Shown one piece after another: positions 17,011 through 31,735 of a stretch of DNA of 64,000 nt; the stretch's first letter is position 1, and each line of letters begins with the position of its first letter. The DNA lies in the NCBI RefSeq assembly GCF_009914755.1, contig NC_060928.1; one strand, given 5' to 3'. Below the pieces are notes generated by a model, which did no database searches, was not told the DNA's origin, and worked only from the letters and a program-made list of their open reading frames with translations. The stretch is from the human T2T-CHM13v2.0 reference genome, Homo sapiens. A program made the position numbers and the translations under genes.

Positions 17011-17658
17011 TACTACTCTTCTAGCAAAAGGAGAGCTGTAGCTCAACAAAGATCTTTAAATTCCTTAACCCAGGTAGTACCAGATAATAAAATTCCCCTG
17101 GATTATTTATTGGCTGAAAAAGAAGATGTCTGTGTGGTAATTCATACCACTTGTTGTACTTATGTTAACACCTCTGGAGAAATGGAAACTCAGCTAGAGA
17201 GAATAATGCAAAATCTAAATCATTACAAGACATAAGAAACACTGATCCTCTAAATGACTTGCTTATTTGATTACCCTTAGGACTAAGTTATCTATTTCCT
17301 TCTAGTCTTCAAGTTGTTATTATTATAATTATAAGGATACTTGTCATTTTTCTGGTTATTAAGTTACTCATGATTTGTATTTCTGCTTGCTTAAGATCAG
17401 TGGCTGAGGCCAAGAGAACATTACTCAATCAAATAATTACATTGATCAAAGATATGACTGTGTAGCCTGACTTGTGTTATAAATTTGGCCTATACATCAT
17501 CAGCTTTAAAGCCTAATAGACTCACCTCACCATGGTACATGACTCTAGCAATGAGCCTTCCTAGTGACATGGGACGAAGCTCCTGAACATAAAAGGAGCC
17601 AAAACCATTTATGAGTTTTTGACGTTTTCTTTGAAAAATCTTGATGATCAGGGAAAAA

Positions 17659-18128
17659 TGTGAAATTAAGTAATTCAAACTTAAAGCTGTTTGAACTTTA
17701 AATTATTTTGAGCCTTGAGTCGAATATAGCTATGTGGCCTGAGTCACGTAGCTTGTAGCTGGAACTTCTGCCTCTCTGATTACAGATTAAATCCCTTCCT
17801 CAGTCCTGTCCTGTAAATGATTAGAAAAGACCAAATAGTGCCAGAGAGAAGACCCCTTAAGACCATTGTTTCTCCTAATGTAATGTTAAAGCAATCTTCC
17901 TTGGAATGTAGCAAATTGATAATCACTATAAGGTATTTACCCACCTTGTAAGGAAAATGTTGCAACCCTGTTAACTGCCTACATAAGTAAAACCTTAACT
18001 TCCCCACTTTAAAAGGCTGGCCCATTCTTTTGGAGTCTATGTTTCCCAGGTGGCTATCCCCAAGTGTTGCACTTGAATAAACGCTATACTTAATCTTATG
18101 TTCCAAATTTCATAATTCAAGGTTGACA
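17659..18128 (+). mobile_element. 3' LTR of the ERV (LTR23/LTR24-like)
   Basis: Follows env and the purine tract AGGGAAAAA; TG...GTTGACA ends; AATAAA at ~18077; 470 bp. Confidence 0.85.
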
Positions 18129-18384
18129 GGCTGAGTGTCCCATCACAGTTTTCAAATAACTGTCAACATCCAAATAGAAACAACTGTTACAAATCCTTTG
18201 TAAATTGAAGGATATATAAATTAATTATATTCTGGATTAAACGTGACGCTATATTCAAATACTATAATATGCTTTAATTTTAATGGCATCTAATTTTCAA
18301 CTGTCAGATGAAAAATACAGATGTATTAATTTCAGAGCTTATTGTAGTCTGATCCTATGTTTTTAAAAAATTAATTAAGTAATT

Positions 18385-19560
18385 CCATAAATATTTACTG
18401 ATCCCCTCTATATGGTACTTCTCTTGACACTGGAAATATAGCAGTGAAGAAATCCTTCAAATATGCCTGCCTTTATGGAACTGACATTATAATGAGAGGA
18501 TGAGGCTAACAGTTCACTTGTTTTTTATTTTTTAGTGAAATACATAGTTATGTTAGAAAATGAAAAGGCTTATGGAAGGAGAAAAGCAGTTGGTATGTGT
18601 TGGTAGGGGTGGTATTACAATTATAAGCAAGGTGGTGAAGGAATGACTTATGAAGAATGTGATTAAAACCTGGAAAAAGAGGAAGTAAGTTACGGATGTT
18701 AAAAAAAAAAAAAGTGTTTTAGCCAGAGAGACTAGTAAGTATAAATGTCCTGAGGTGGGGGTTTTTAAACGAGTGACATGATCTGACTTTTTTAAAAGGA
18801 ATACCCTAAGTGCTGTGTAAGAATAAACAAAAAGGTGGTGATGGGGAGTCAGAAGCAGAAGGAACACTTAGGAGTTACTTCAATAGTTACAATAATGATC
18901 CTTGATTGGACCAGAATGATAGCAGCAAATGTGGTGAAATATGGTCAGAAAATATTCTGAAATAGAACTGCTGATGAATTGGATGTAAGTATGAGAGGAA
19001 AATAAATCATGCAACTGGAAGGATGACATTGACAAACACTGGGATGGGGAAGACTATGAGGAGAATGCACTTAGAAGGAAAATTTCAAGTTCATTTTGGG
19101 AAATTTTAAATTGAAGATACTTAAAATATATTCAAGTGGATGAAAGGTGTGCATGAGAGAAACAGAATTTTTGGCCCATAATGACATATAAAACCATGGT
19201 ACTGAATGAGATTAGATTAAATTACCTAAACTATGAGTAGGAGAACATAGCCAAGTCCCTGGGACATCAAAACATTAAAAGATTTAAAAAATGGGAAAGA
19301 ATCATCAGGGTAGACAGAGGGAGAGCTCATGAGATAGAGAGAAAAAAACAAGTACAGTACCCTGAAAGTGAAGAAAGCGTAGAAGTGGAGGAAGTGATTA
19401 CCTGTGGCCTGTGCTGCTTGCTGGTCAAGTACAGCAAGGATGACAAATTAACCACTGGATTCAGCACAGCATAAAAAACTGGTGACTTTGCTAAAATCAA
19501 CTTTGGTAAAGTAGTAAAGATGAAAGACTAATAAGAAAAAAACTTAAAAGAGATTTGAAA
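18385..19560 (-). mobile_element. L2 LINE fragment
   Basis: Reverse-complement L2 3' end (ATAAATATTTACTGA...ACACTGGAAATATAGCAGTGAA) followed by a purine-rich degenerate body. Confidence 0.7.
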
Positions 19561-20154
19561 TTCTAAATGCCATATCTGGTAACTATTTATTAAGTCAAAA
19601 TCTTATTTAAAACAACAAAAGGCAGGCTGCACAGTACTTTAAATGAGAAAATAAAGAATCAATAAACAATAATTATAAGTGATGCGTATTAATTAATATC
19701 CATTACCTGCTAGAAATTTGATTTGAAAGGAGTTGGCGTGGACATACAATTGTTGACCAGAAAAACAAAACAAGACAGTAATTACTGAAATTTGTATTAT
19801 TGCTATCTATTGACCCCAAATTTCTGCTTATATTTTATGGAATGAAGTAGAGTCTAATGTACACAGGAAAAAGAAATTGTCTACTAAGCTTAGCTTGAAG
19901 CAACAGTTTCAAATTTTCCCAGATTGAGTATAGAAGGGAAGTCACAGCTGGCAAAGAACAATACTGGCATACTGGCATACTTCTAGAAAACATGAGAAAA
20001 CTGACCTTATATTCTGGACTAGGTGAATGTCCCATAAAACAAAGAAAACAAAATATTTGTTTAAAATCCTGACATTTATGAGAATTTTAGAAAGTTGTCC
20101 TCTACTCAAATATGAACAAAAATTAAAGTTAGCAATATGTAAGAGTCAAAATCA

Positions 20155-20760
20155 AATCAACAAAATATTTATGGAGTATCTACTGTAATGTAAGACAATA
20201 TGGTAATGCCTTGTGGAATACAAATAGCAAGCAGGATGTCACAGATTCTGCCTTCAATGTGCTTGAAGTTCATTTGAAGAAAAAAGAAAAAAAAAGACTA
20301 AATGCTTACCATATGCAATTTAAAATACAGTTAAGGAGAAAAATCCAACAGCTATCATAAGTAGTACATGTTTAATAATATAATCAGTGAGGCTGTCAAT
20401 ATTATAAGATGCTTGAGAAGGGAAAGGATTGATTCAATTTAGTAGGCTTTGTGGAACAGGTCAAATTTTATTTAGTCATTAGACAAAGTTACTGTACTCC
20501 TGATTCTCAACATCAAATGGGAAAAACATACAAATAAATAATTGCAATATAAATGCTAACCAATAAAATAGAGACATATGATTGGAACTATAGAAGCAAA
20601 TAACTTTATTAAAAGGGCTAAGGAAAAGTTTCATAAATCCAGGGCTGTCAATTGAGTTTTGAAGAATAGATAAAATCTGGAAAGGTAAACAACAGAACAG
20701 AAGCAATAATGGCACCAAGGCTTTTCACATGACAGTGAATAAATAGTCCATGCAAAAGCA
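20155..20760 (-). mobile_element. L2 LINE fragments
   Basis: CAACAAAATATTTATGGAGTATCTACT... signature of the L2 3' end. Confidence 0.55.
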
Positions 20761-22265
20761 AGTATTTGTGAAGAATAATTTCTCATTGGAGGTATATGAT
20801 AAAATAAACGTAGAATTAATTATTTGACAATGATGTTATTAGCAATAAACCAAAGAGAAGAGAGACTTGTAACAGGGACATAGAATAATTCTTAGTAGGT
20901 ATTTGTCTTTAACTAAATCTTAACTATATTTGTGAATGCTATGTTTGGCTACTTTAATAAAGATGTATGTCTATGTATTTACAAACATGCAAATATAAAA
21001 TAATCAAGTGCTACCTTTCCCAATGCTAGATGGCACCTTCCTTACTTAAATAGCAAATATAGTATTTAGGAACTAATAGCTGTATCTGAATTGTTAGCTT
21101 TGCAAACTACTATGCCACTGAATTATAATTTTAAGAAACTTAAAGTCATGAAACACATAAATAGTGTGGTGAGAACCCATCAAAAATATATTTAACTCAT
21201 TAATGAAGGAACTAACAGAATGGTTAAACTACTTCAAAAAGCATCAAAGAGATTTATATAGTCAATTTAGAAAGGCATACTGAAACAAGTTTAAGTCAGA
21301 AACAAAAGTGATTAATGTCCTACAATAGAATAGCAACCTTTTTCTATTAGACAGCAATTATTTGCATCTCTAACAAATAAGTTTTGTTAATCATATAATT
21401 GCACCCAGTTTAAACCCAATCATGAGTAAATAGTGAGTCAACCTAAAGCACATTGTATAGAGAAATAATCTTTGGCTGAGTATGTTAGACAACATTTCAG
21501 TATGACATTGAAAAGGCAAGCATCAACCAGCTTACTTGTTTACAAATTTGGGTGTTATCTTATCAGACCTTCCTTGTGATTATAAAGTGTTGTCAGAGAA
21601 TTAAATTATATGTGGGATTTCATCAAGAATGTAGGATTGAACTTTTAAAAGCCTCTATTTGCTCTTCTTTCTCAAGTATAGGAACCAAGCAAGGGGTTCA
21701 TCTCCACCAAACTTTGCTTGCAGTATATGTAATGTTAGTGAAATTCTCTCATTGAGGTCTTCAAAATCTGCTGGGTTCCTGAACTGTCAGAAAACAAACT
21801 TCCTTAATATCTGTAAGGCAGGAACCCTGTTATCATACCAGTATTCTGGAAAGGATTTATAGACATTGCTTCCATACATGAAATACAATCCCTTTTCCTT
21901 AATTGTGGGCTTTTCTTATGTGAATAAGTGAGTTTTATTCTCACTGTGTCTTTGATTCACAATGGATTTGTCTAATTACATACTGGTAAAAAAGGAGGTC
22001 AGAATCTTAGTGCATCTACGCAAATAAGTACATTGCCATGAAAAGTAGAGACTCAGTATTTGTTCCTGTTCCTGGAGATGTCAGTGAGAAAAAGATACCA
22101 CTTTTTAAAGTATCATTTTAGTTTGCAAATGTATATTCTACAAAGAAATAGCAACAGATTTCCATCAGAAAATAGTACACTAAAAAATGTAACCAATAAT
22201 ATTTCAAAATGAAAAATCACATTTAGACTTTCCTCACCAGCTCATTCAGTCCTACTTCATCAATG

Positions 22266-23178
22266 TGTAAACCAAAAATAAAATTCTAAGACACACAACT
22301 GACAGAATGAACCCCTCTTCTTGGCCAAGGGGATTCCAAAGTAAACCTGAAAAACTGGTTCAGGCCATGATGGAAAAAATGGGTCAGACATGCCTCAATA
22401 TAATCTCCTCCCTTTAGAATTCAGGCACAACTGAACAGAATTAACATTAAAACGGAGATCTTAAGACTTTTTGTAGCAAGAAGATACCAAACTTCAAACT
22501 GGCTGTAGTCTAGCATCACATGACAGATAGCGGGCCCTGAAAGAAATTTAAGTATTTTACCTCAAAGTAGATTTATTTGACATATTTTAAAATGGCCCCT
22601 CAAAGCTATCACTTGCGAGAAAAATCTACATTCTGTAGAGAATCTCTTTCCCTTTCCATGTTTTTCCTGATCCAGGAGAGATTTAGCTAAGAGTCTGGCA
22701 CCTTTTAAAGTCTGATAAGAGACATTTACCATCTATTCTCTATGAAGCCTGCTACTTGGAGGCTTCATCTACATAATAAGAACTTTGGTCTCCACAATTC
22801 TTTATCTTAACCCAGACACTTCTTTCTATTGATTCCAGGTCTTTAGATAATAACTTTTCTACTCTTTCAACTAATTGCCAATCAGAAAATCTTTGAGTCC
22901 ACATATGACCTGGAAGATGCCCCCCATCCTCTGCCACCCCACAGCTTTGAGCTGTTTCACTTTTCCAGAGCAAATCAATGTACACCTTACACGTATTGAT
23001 TGATGTTTGCCTATAACTTCTGTTCTCTAAAATGTATAAAATCAAGCTGTAACCCAACTACCTTGGGCACATGTTCTCAGGACCTCCTGTGGCTGTGCTG
23101 TGGGCCTTGGTTACTCATATTTTTCTGAGAATAAACCTTTTAAAATATTTTACAGAGTTTGACTCTTTTGGTCAAACA
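22266..23178 (+). mobile_element. MER4D-type solo LTR
   Basis: Starts TGTAAACCAAAAATAAAATTCTAAG, ends ...TTTTACAGAGTTTGACTCTTTTGGTCAAACA; ~910 bp. Confidence 0.85.
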
Positions 23179-23611
23179 AGAATTTGTTCTATTAGATCTT
23201 GGTTCACCAATCTGACCCAAGCCTTCATAACATTGCCTGTTTCTTGACTAAAAAAAAATTTGGAAATCTTCAGTCAGTCCCCTGGTATCCAAAAGTCTAT
23301 GCCTTGAATTAGCTGGTAGTCTTTTCTATGATGTTCTGAGAACATGATTCTTTTCTGAGGACCAAATTCCTAAACTGTAGCTTATAATGAGTCCTCAGGT
23401 AAACATGAGAGTATAAATCATCTGTTGGTGATTAATTTATTACATTAAGCAACATTGTAAGATTCAATGGGAGTAAAATTCTCTGTTGGGTTATAATAGA
23501 TAGTGATATCATAAAGATTTGATCCATGTTTCCTCTAAAGGTAAAACATATTATGAACTGTGAGAGCATTGCCTAAATCCTGGAGCCTTCCAATTCTTTC
23601 TATAATGGGGA

Positions 23612-24256
23612 TGTAAGTAAGAATTAAAAAATCTCCAGACCCCAAGCCGTCTTGTGCAAAAGAGAAGATAATTGCAGCATCCTTTTCCAAGTGAATATCT
23701 GCTCCTAACATGCCTCAGCCAGATTCCCATGGAAAGGCAAAAGGTCTGAGGCATCTGCTGAAGGACAGCCTCTACAGATCATTCATAAGTAAATTCTTCG
23801 CTGGCCTCTCATAAATGAGGATATGCCAATTGTAACTTTAAGTCTACAATCTAAGTCTAGCTCCTATTATAAAACTAGAGTCTCTTCAATTCCACACTGT
23901 TAATATCTATTATAATCTTATCATCCCAGGTGCAGAATGAAGACAAAGACTGCATAATTGAGTCTTCTTTTATTCACTTTTTCTCTTTAAATATTTACCT
24001 TATTTTATGTAAAATGTAGGTTTACTAGGCATTAAGTAAATCTTGTAACCATTTGCCTTACAGCCTACCTTCTCCTCTTCCTAGGTGCCTTCTCCCTGTG
24101 CCCTTTAAGGAAATGTATAAATACTAAACCTCCTGAAAACCTCTCTGGAAAATCAGCCACTTATGTGTCTGTGGCTGTTTTTCCCAGATGCACCCTAAAG
24201 CTGGCTTAATAAACCTCAATTGAGACTTATGCCTCAGTCACTCATTTTGATTGTTT
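23612..24256 (+). mobile_element. MER72-like ERV1 solo LTR
   Basis: 4-bp TSD GGGA on both sides; TATA-like GTATAAATA and AATAAA; homologous to 44748-45410. Confidence 0.75.
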
Positions 24257-24372
24257 GGGATACTCACTGAAATGTATTTGTATTAGTATATTTCCCCATA
24301 CAAAACTAATTTAGAAAAAGTTCCGTGTCTCTTGATTTCACAGCTCTTCCTATGCAGCTCTTACAATAGGGT

Positions 24373-24440
24373 AGAACTAATTAAGAAATACCAAGTACAT
24401 CCAATAAGAACTAATTAAGAAATATCAAGTATATCAAACA
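24373..24440. repeat. 34-bp tandem duplication
   Basis: AGAACTAATTAAGAAATACCAAGTACATCCAATA repeated with a few mismatches. Confidence 0.85.
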
Positions 24441-26259
24441 ACCTAATTATTACTAGTATTTCTCCCTTAATAAGGTGAAAGAAGGACCTCTATAGTTATC
24501 CAGAGACTTTTGGAATACCCCAAACATTATTTATGTATAAAAGATATCTTGATATTAATCTCTTTGAATGTACAATCTCTTTTTAAGGAGGACTAAATCA
24601 AAAGAATTATCAGAGGAGATTAGACACTTGATTAAGAGAGAAACATGGGTGACTAAGAAAAATAAATGGGTGTAGCCTGGCTACCTATTAATCATAATGT
24701 CAAAAGAATATTTTAAAATAGATATAGCAAAAGGTAACCTAATTCTAAGAGACCTTAGCTCTTTCAGAAATAACTTTTTAAAAAATGATGAAGGGTAGAT
24801 AATCAAAGCAAGGAAAATGCACAAAAAAAAGTTATTCTGATGAGGTGCAACATTTCTGTTGTATGGAAAATTACACAAAAGTTAAAAATTAACCTTTTAT
24901 CATTTCTTGTTCAGAGGAACTGAGTACTACAAGGCCTTGGTAGTAAAGAATTCACAATTTTTTTTTCCTTGATAAGAAAACTCATCAAAAGTGTACCAAC
25001 ACATTCCATTGCTTCTTTTCAGACTCATACTTTTTGGGGATATAACCCCAGACCAAAAAAAAGTTTATTTTCCTAAAACCTTACACAACGTTCTATATCT
25101 ACTTATCTTGACACATTATTTTAGAATAAAACTATTATCTTTTTCCTTTAAAAAAACAAGAACACATTTCATTACCTTGAATACAATGGTTATATTTATT
25201 TGCCATAATTTTTCCATTTAGAGTCATGCTCATCTATGGCAATTAAAACTTTCAACCAAAGTACAAAGTTCTACTTCACAACAAAAAGTGGGAGGCAGGA
25301 TTGAGAACTCTCTGTCTTACACAAGTATTTTGGCAGACCAGAGAAACTCATGAGTACACATTACACAACCTCTAAAATCACACGTTCCTTTGACACTCTT
25401 AAAGTGGCAAAAATAAAAATGTTCTTGAACATATCTCAAAGGTATAGTCACTCTGTAACATTTTAAATAAAAACTATGCTTGGTAACCAAATTTTCAGTA
25501 TTCTGTGTTGCTTAGAAATTATCCATGCCTCCAAAGATTATGTATTAATTATGGTATTAATCAAGATTTTAAATTTAACTCAGAATCCTGGTTGGTTTAG
25601 ATTGACAAATGGAAAAATAACACAATCACTATTGATATCTAAAAGTTTGCTGGAATTATAATTTGGTTAACTGAATACATAATTTGATGTGTTTTATAAT
25701 CTTAATGTTTATATGGAAGAGTATTCATTAATCTGAACAATAAACCAATATAGAATTTTAGGACATTCATATTAACAGTCTTTTTGTGAGAAAACAAACC
25801 CAAATCTTATAAAAAAAGGTTTATTCTATACTTTACACTGAAAAAAGTCAGGAAAAAGATATATAACTGTTTTTAAAACTCATTGAGCCAATCTCATTTT
25901 TTCCGTGGATGCATTTTGAACATATGAATGTGAATTGCTACATAAATAAATTACTGAGCTATTGCTGAGAGAAGTTTTTCTTTCTTAACCCTAAAAGCTT
26001 AGATAGTTTCTCTAGAGTGGAATTCCTCACTGAACCACAGAACAGAGAAAATAATTTGAGTGACTATTTTTTCAATTCTCCCAAGGATAGTACATACCTA
26101 ATAGTAATGTAGATGCATCAGAGAAAAGTTAATTATATACAAAGGATGCCTTAGGAAATTAGGGCTTTATTCTCTGGTGGAGGGGGAGAAACCAATAATA
26201 GTATATACCAAGCAATAGAAATTTTTTCCTGGGAACTCTTTGTTTTCTTGTGTTATGTA

Positions 26260-27112
26260 CACTGTATGTTTGGTAATATCCTTTTCATGGCCAGAACCAG
26301 CACACTGACACTCAGATAGATGAAAGGCAGGACTCTTTGTTACTTACACTTCCCAACAAGAGAAGCCTGCTGATAGAGACAAGAGGCAGCCAAGGGTACC
26401 CAGCAAAACCCCGCCTTCAAGCCTGAAACAGCCTGAAGGCTGAAAACCCAGACTGCTGGTCTCAGATGAAGCCTGCCCTTTCCCAACTGATTCTCTCTGA
26501 ACATTGCCCACCTGTGCACTGGGAGGACGGAGTGGAGCCTCGGGAAGTTCAAGCCATTTGCAGCAGGGAGGAGACTGGTGTTTTCATTTCCTGGGTGGGA
26601 ACCTGGGATTCAATCAGTGAGGTGGGAAACCTGCTAGCAGGATTCTCTCTCACTTTGCTGAGAGTTATTTTTCCTTTTTCCTTTTCTCCAAATAAATTCT
26701 GCTCCTCACCCTTCTATGTGTCCGCAAGCCTAATATTTCCTGGTCACATGACAAGAACCCAGTTTTAGCTGAACTAAGGAGAAAGGTCTGCAACACTGCC
26801 AGGCATGGCCACACGAGGTGGTGCCCTGTGACAGGTGGCAACAAGCTGTGGCTGTAAGGGGCAGCTCAGGTCTTGCAGTTCTGGTGGGATTAGCTGGGTT
26901 TCACAGGCTCCCTGGATAGGATAATTTGAATGATTTTGGTGGGTTCTGGGGCTTAAGGTGTGTCCCTAGTTGTCTGGTACCTGGCCTCAGGGAAATTAGG
27001 GAGGATGTATGATGGCCTAATGTGGAAAGTGGTTAAGCAACTTACTCAACTGCTTAAGATGGAGAACAGACTGGCCTCTAGCCAGAGCCTTAAAACTGAG
27101 TCATGACAGCAT
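26260..27112 (-). mobile_element. MER74-like ERVL LTR interrupted by MER61
   Basis: TGTCCCTAGTTGTCTGGTACCTGGCC and CTGGCCTCTAGCCAGAGCCTTAAAACTGAGT match the reverse complement of the MER74/MER54 group. Confidence 0.7.
26371..26795 (+). mobile_element. MER61-family solo LTR
   Basis: TGATAGAGACAAGAGGCAGCCAAGGG...CTGCAACA; perfect 4-bp TSD CTGC. Confidence 0.85.
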
Positions 27113-27292
27113 TTAAAAATATATATATTATACTTTTATTAGTCTCTATAAGCTACTTAGAAACAGAGATCTTTCATTTAATAGAATTTATAATTCTGCT
27201 TATTCACATACTTTGAAAATAGGAAAATATTTTAAGCTCAGACAATAAGAAGCAAAAGTTTTGCTTAATTATTGGCACATAGACACACAGAC

Positions 27293-27677
27293 TGTGTTTA
27301 GTCAGTTTGGACTGCCATCACAAAATACTCTAGATGGGGTGGCTTACATACGTAAACAATAAAAGTTCATTTTCTCACAATCCTGGAGGCTGGAAGTCTG
27401 ATATTAGGGTGCCAGAATGGTAGGCTTCTATTAAGGGCCTGCTTTCTGGCTTACAGATGGCCAGCCACCTCCTCACTGTTTTCTCACATGGTGGAGAGAA
27501 AGTAAGCTCTCTGGTGTGTCCTCTCATAAGGGCACTGATCTCATCAAGAGGGTCCTACCCTCATGACCTCATCTAAACCTAATTACCTCCCAAAGACCCC
27601 ATCTCCAAATACCATTACATTGAGGGATAGGAATTCAACATATGAATTTGGTGGGCGACAAACTTCAGTCCATGGCA
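27293..27677 (-). mobile_element. MLT1A-type MaLR LTR
   Basis: TCTCACAATCCTGGAGGCTGGAAGTC and CTAATTACCTCCCAAAGACCCCATCTCCAAATACCAT motifs. Confidence 0.85.
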
Positions 27678-27726
27678 GACAGCATGCAGCTTCAGACAAG
27701 CAACTTCAGCTATGGACCAAAAGTAA

Positions 27727-28105
<379 letters not shown>

Positions 28106-28359
28106 TAGTCAATTCTTAATCCTCATCTCAATCTACTACGAGCCTTTGGCCCAGGTTTGTCTTTTTCAACATACTTTAATACTTTTTTTTTCTTCACCTG
28201 AGACAGAATTTTTCCTCTCAGCTTACCTGAAGGAAAGTCCGAAGTGCAGATGAAAACATCTGTAAAGCAATAATAATAATAATAATAAAGTAAATGCAGG
28301 ACAAACAATCTCACTGGTTAAGATCCCAAAGTACAGATCTCAAAAAACATATCTGGTAA

Positions 28360-28662
<303 letters not shown>

Positions 28663-28686
28663 AAATGTACATAATAGTAAACATGC

Positions 28687-29299
28687 TATGCGAGAAAATG
28701 TTAACGCAGCAAGCTTGATGTTTCCTAATTCTCACATTTCTGTAGAAGGGCTTGCTTGTGCGGCTGACCTTGACTGGCATCTAAAAATTTGGCTTTTGAA
28801 ATGTTTCCCACATGACTAATTTATAAAGCTGTTTTGCATGCCTGGGGGCACTGAACTCTAATGTACCAGCCTGTCTACAGTGTTTGTGCAAACAATGTGA
28901 TTTATGATGAACACCTGCTTTCCTTCTGGGAGTCTGGGCTTTTGGTAATCGCGGCTGGTAGCACAGGTAGAGAGTACCTGCATGACCAACCTCCAATAAA
29001 AACTTTCCGCTCTGTCTAAAGCAGGCTTTCCCAGACAGAAACACTTTGTGCATGTTACCACAGTTCATTGCTGGAGGAAGGGGCGTGTATTGCACACCCT
29101 CCTGAGGGAGAACTTTGGAAGTTGTGCCTAGATCTCTCCAGATCCCTCCTGATGAGGCTTTTTGTCCTTGCTAATTCTGCTTTATGTCTTAGCTGTAGTA
29201 AACTATAGCCATGAGTACAATTAAGGTGCCTGGAGTCCTGTGAGACCTTCTAATGAATCACTGAACATGTATATGAATGACCAGAGGACACTGGAAACA
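28687..29299 (+). mobile_element. MER77/MER68-type LTR
   Basis: TGTTTGTGCAAACAATGTGATTTATGATGAACACCTGCTTTCCTTCTGGGAGTCTGG motif. Confidence 0.75.
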
Positions 29300-30301
29300 T
29301 GTACAAACAAAATAACTACAAACCAGATTTCCTATAGTCTCACATTCTTAGATAATAAATGCTCAATGTCCCTAATAGATAACTATGTATTGGCTTTGTG
29401 CAAACCAAAACCAGAACCAAAGTTGAACATGAACCAGAAACAAAACAAAAAATCAGAGTAAGGGGAAAAATAAGTTAGCAAAGGTAAATTCTATTGCCAC
29501 TTTTGATTCATTCAAAAAGAGCAAACCAAAATACAGATGAAGTTGCTGCAAGGAGTACTTGAAGAACAGAGATTTGAATAAGCAATCGAGAAATAAAGTG
29601 TGAAATAAGTTTTCTAGGTGAGAAAAAAACTGGTTAATATCTTATAGGGCAATAAAACCATAACTTACAGACTTATCTTTTTAACTGCCAGAAATCATTT
29701 GTATCTCTTTCTGAAAAAAATTAACATGTAACTTCACAGAATCTGAGATTTAATCAGTGTTACTTAGAAACTCAAACAAAGATATATCATAGAGAATTCT
29801 TAGGTGGATCTGTTAGGCAATGGCCCAGAATAACATTAAGAAGACACACAGTCATCCTTTTGCTCTATTTTGAAGTTTTGGATAATTTTTCTTAACAATG
29901 TGATAACGAATATACAATAATAAACAATTTCATATTCATAGTATACTGAACAGTATATATGGAAATAATTAAAAAAGAAATTTGTATCAGAAAGTTTATT
30001 TATACAACCATAATTCTAACCTTGATAACTTATGACAAAAGATCATTTGGTTAATTGTCATAAATAAATTATATTACCAAATTGTGCTATAAATCATATT
30101 ATTAAAACATACTATACTAACACTGGAACAAAATAATGAGTAATATATTTTTCAGGGGGACATATCACACTGTATTCTTTGTTATCAAAGTCAATGGAAG
30201 ATTTAAGTGCTACTTTGAGGTAATGAAGTATAATGGAAAAGGATTCTTCCATAGGATAAGAATTATAATTGCATAAAACCTAACTTTCTGTGAAATAATG
30301 T

Positions 30302-31735
30302 TGTAATGAACTGAATGTGTGTGTGTCCTCAAAATTTATATGCTGAAATCTAATTCTCATGGTGGGTTGTTGCGGGAAGTCAGGGACCCTGAATGGAGAG
30401 ACTGGCTGAAGCCACCACAGAAGAACATAAATTGTGAAGATTTCATGGACATTTATCAGTTCCCAATATTAATACTTTTATAATTTCTTATGCCTTTCTT
30501 TACTGCAATCTCTGAACATAAATTGTGAAGATTTCATGGACATTTATCACTTCCCCAATCAATACTCTTATAATTTCTTATGCCTGTCTTTACTTTAATC
30601 TCTTAATCCCATCATCTTCGTAAGCTGAGTATGTATGTCACCTCAGGACGCTGTGATGATTGCATTAACTGTACAAATCGTTTGTAAAACATGTGTATTT
30701 AACAACATGAAATCAGTGCACTCTGAAAAAGAACAGAATAATGCGATTTTCAGGAAACAAAGGAGATAACCATAAGGTCTGACTGCTGTGGGATTGGGCA
30801 GAATAGAGCCATATTTTTCTTCTCGTAGAAAACCTATAGACAGATGTGCGAGTAGGAGAAATATCGCTGAATTCTTTTCCTAGCAAGGAATATTAATAAT
30901 TGATAGACCTGGGGAAGGAATGCATTCCTGGGGGGAGGTCTATGAATGGCTGCTCTGGGAGTGTCTGTCTTATGTGGTTGAGATAAGGACTGAAATACAC
31001 CCTGGTCTCCTGCAGTGCCTTCAGGCTTGCTAGGATTGGGAAATTCCAACCTGGTGAATTCTAGTCAGACTGGTTGTCTGCTCTCGAACCCTGTTTCCTG
31101 TTAAGATGTTTATCAAGACAATGCATGCACAGCAGGACATGGACCCTCATCAGTAATTCTAATTTTGCCCTTGCCTTGTGATCTTTTATTGCCCTTTGAA
31201 GCATGTGATCCTTGTGACATACTCCCTGTTCGTACATCCCTTCCCCTTCTAAAATCCCTAATAAAAACTTACTGGTTTTGTGGCTCAGGGTCGCCATCAT
31301 TGTCCTACCAATATGTGATGGCATCCCCAGAGGCCCAGCTATAAAATTTCTCTCTTTGTACTCTTTCTCTTTATTTCTCAGACTGACCGACACTTAGGGA
31401 AAATAGAAAGAACGTATGCTGAAATATTGGGGGCTGGTTCCCCCGATAGTGGGTCCTTTGGGAAGTAATTAGGCTATAAGAATGGAAGGGATTACAGCCC
31501 TTATAAAAAGAACTCAGAGAGCTAGCTTGTCCTCTTCCCATCATGTGAGGATGCAATGAGAAGTTAGCAGTCTGCAACCCAGAAGCCCTCACCAAAGCCC
31601 TACCATCAGAGTGCCCTAACCTGGCACTCTGATCTCCTACTTCTAGCCTCTTGAACTCTGAAAAATAAATTTCTGTTGTTTATGAGCCACCCAATCTATA
31701 GTACTTTGTTAAAGCAGCCCAAACTGACCAAGACA
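30302..31735 (+). mobile_element. MLT1A-type MaLR LTR split by MER11
   Basis: 5' part 30302-30367; 3' part 31449-31735 ending GCAGCCCAAACTGACCAAGACA. Confidence 0.85.
30368..31448 (+). mobile_element. MER11 (B/C) solo LTR of HERV-K11/HML-8
   Basis: TGTTGCGGGAAGTCAGGGACCC...GGTTCCCCCGATA, 1081 bp, internal ~90-bp tandem unit, perfect 6-bp TSD GTGGGT (betaretroviral). Confidence 0.95.

Larger units (their letters stand above)
15483..17470 (+). pseudogene. env: ERV env remnant (gamma-type SU/TM)
   Basis: Signal-like MNPFFSLWLFLCLNA; CWIC at 15596-15607; TCAPPGYVFVCG split by an Alu; degenerate furin site RVKT at 16528-16539; ISD-like VVPDNKIPLDYLLAE; CX6CC (CVVIHTTCC); hydrophobic TM at ~17310-17390. 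Confidence 0.9.
21500..25900 (-). mobile_element. MER4-group ERV1 internal region, highly decayed; hosts two solo LTRs
   Basis: Motifs resembling MER4-group internal sequence (GTGAAATTCTCTCATTGAGGTCTTCAAAATCTGCTGGGTTCCTG; CTCATTCAGTCCTAC...TAGATCTTGG) that continue across the LTR insertions; boundaries approximate. Confidence 0.6.

Noticed and set aside
26371-26795. p53 response element in MER61
   Set aside because: No pair of clean RRRCWWGYYY half-sites is visible in this copy
30420-30590. ~90-bp direct repeat as a CRISPR-like or novel array
   Set aside because: Two adjacent units with no spacers, part of the normal MER11 structure
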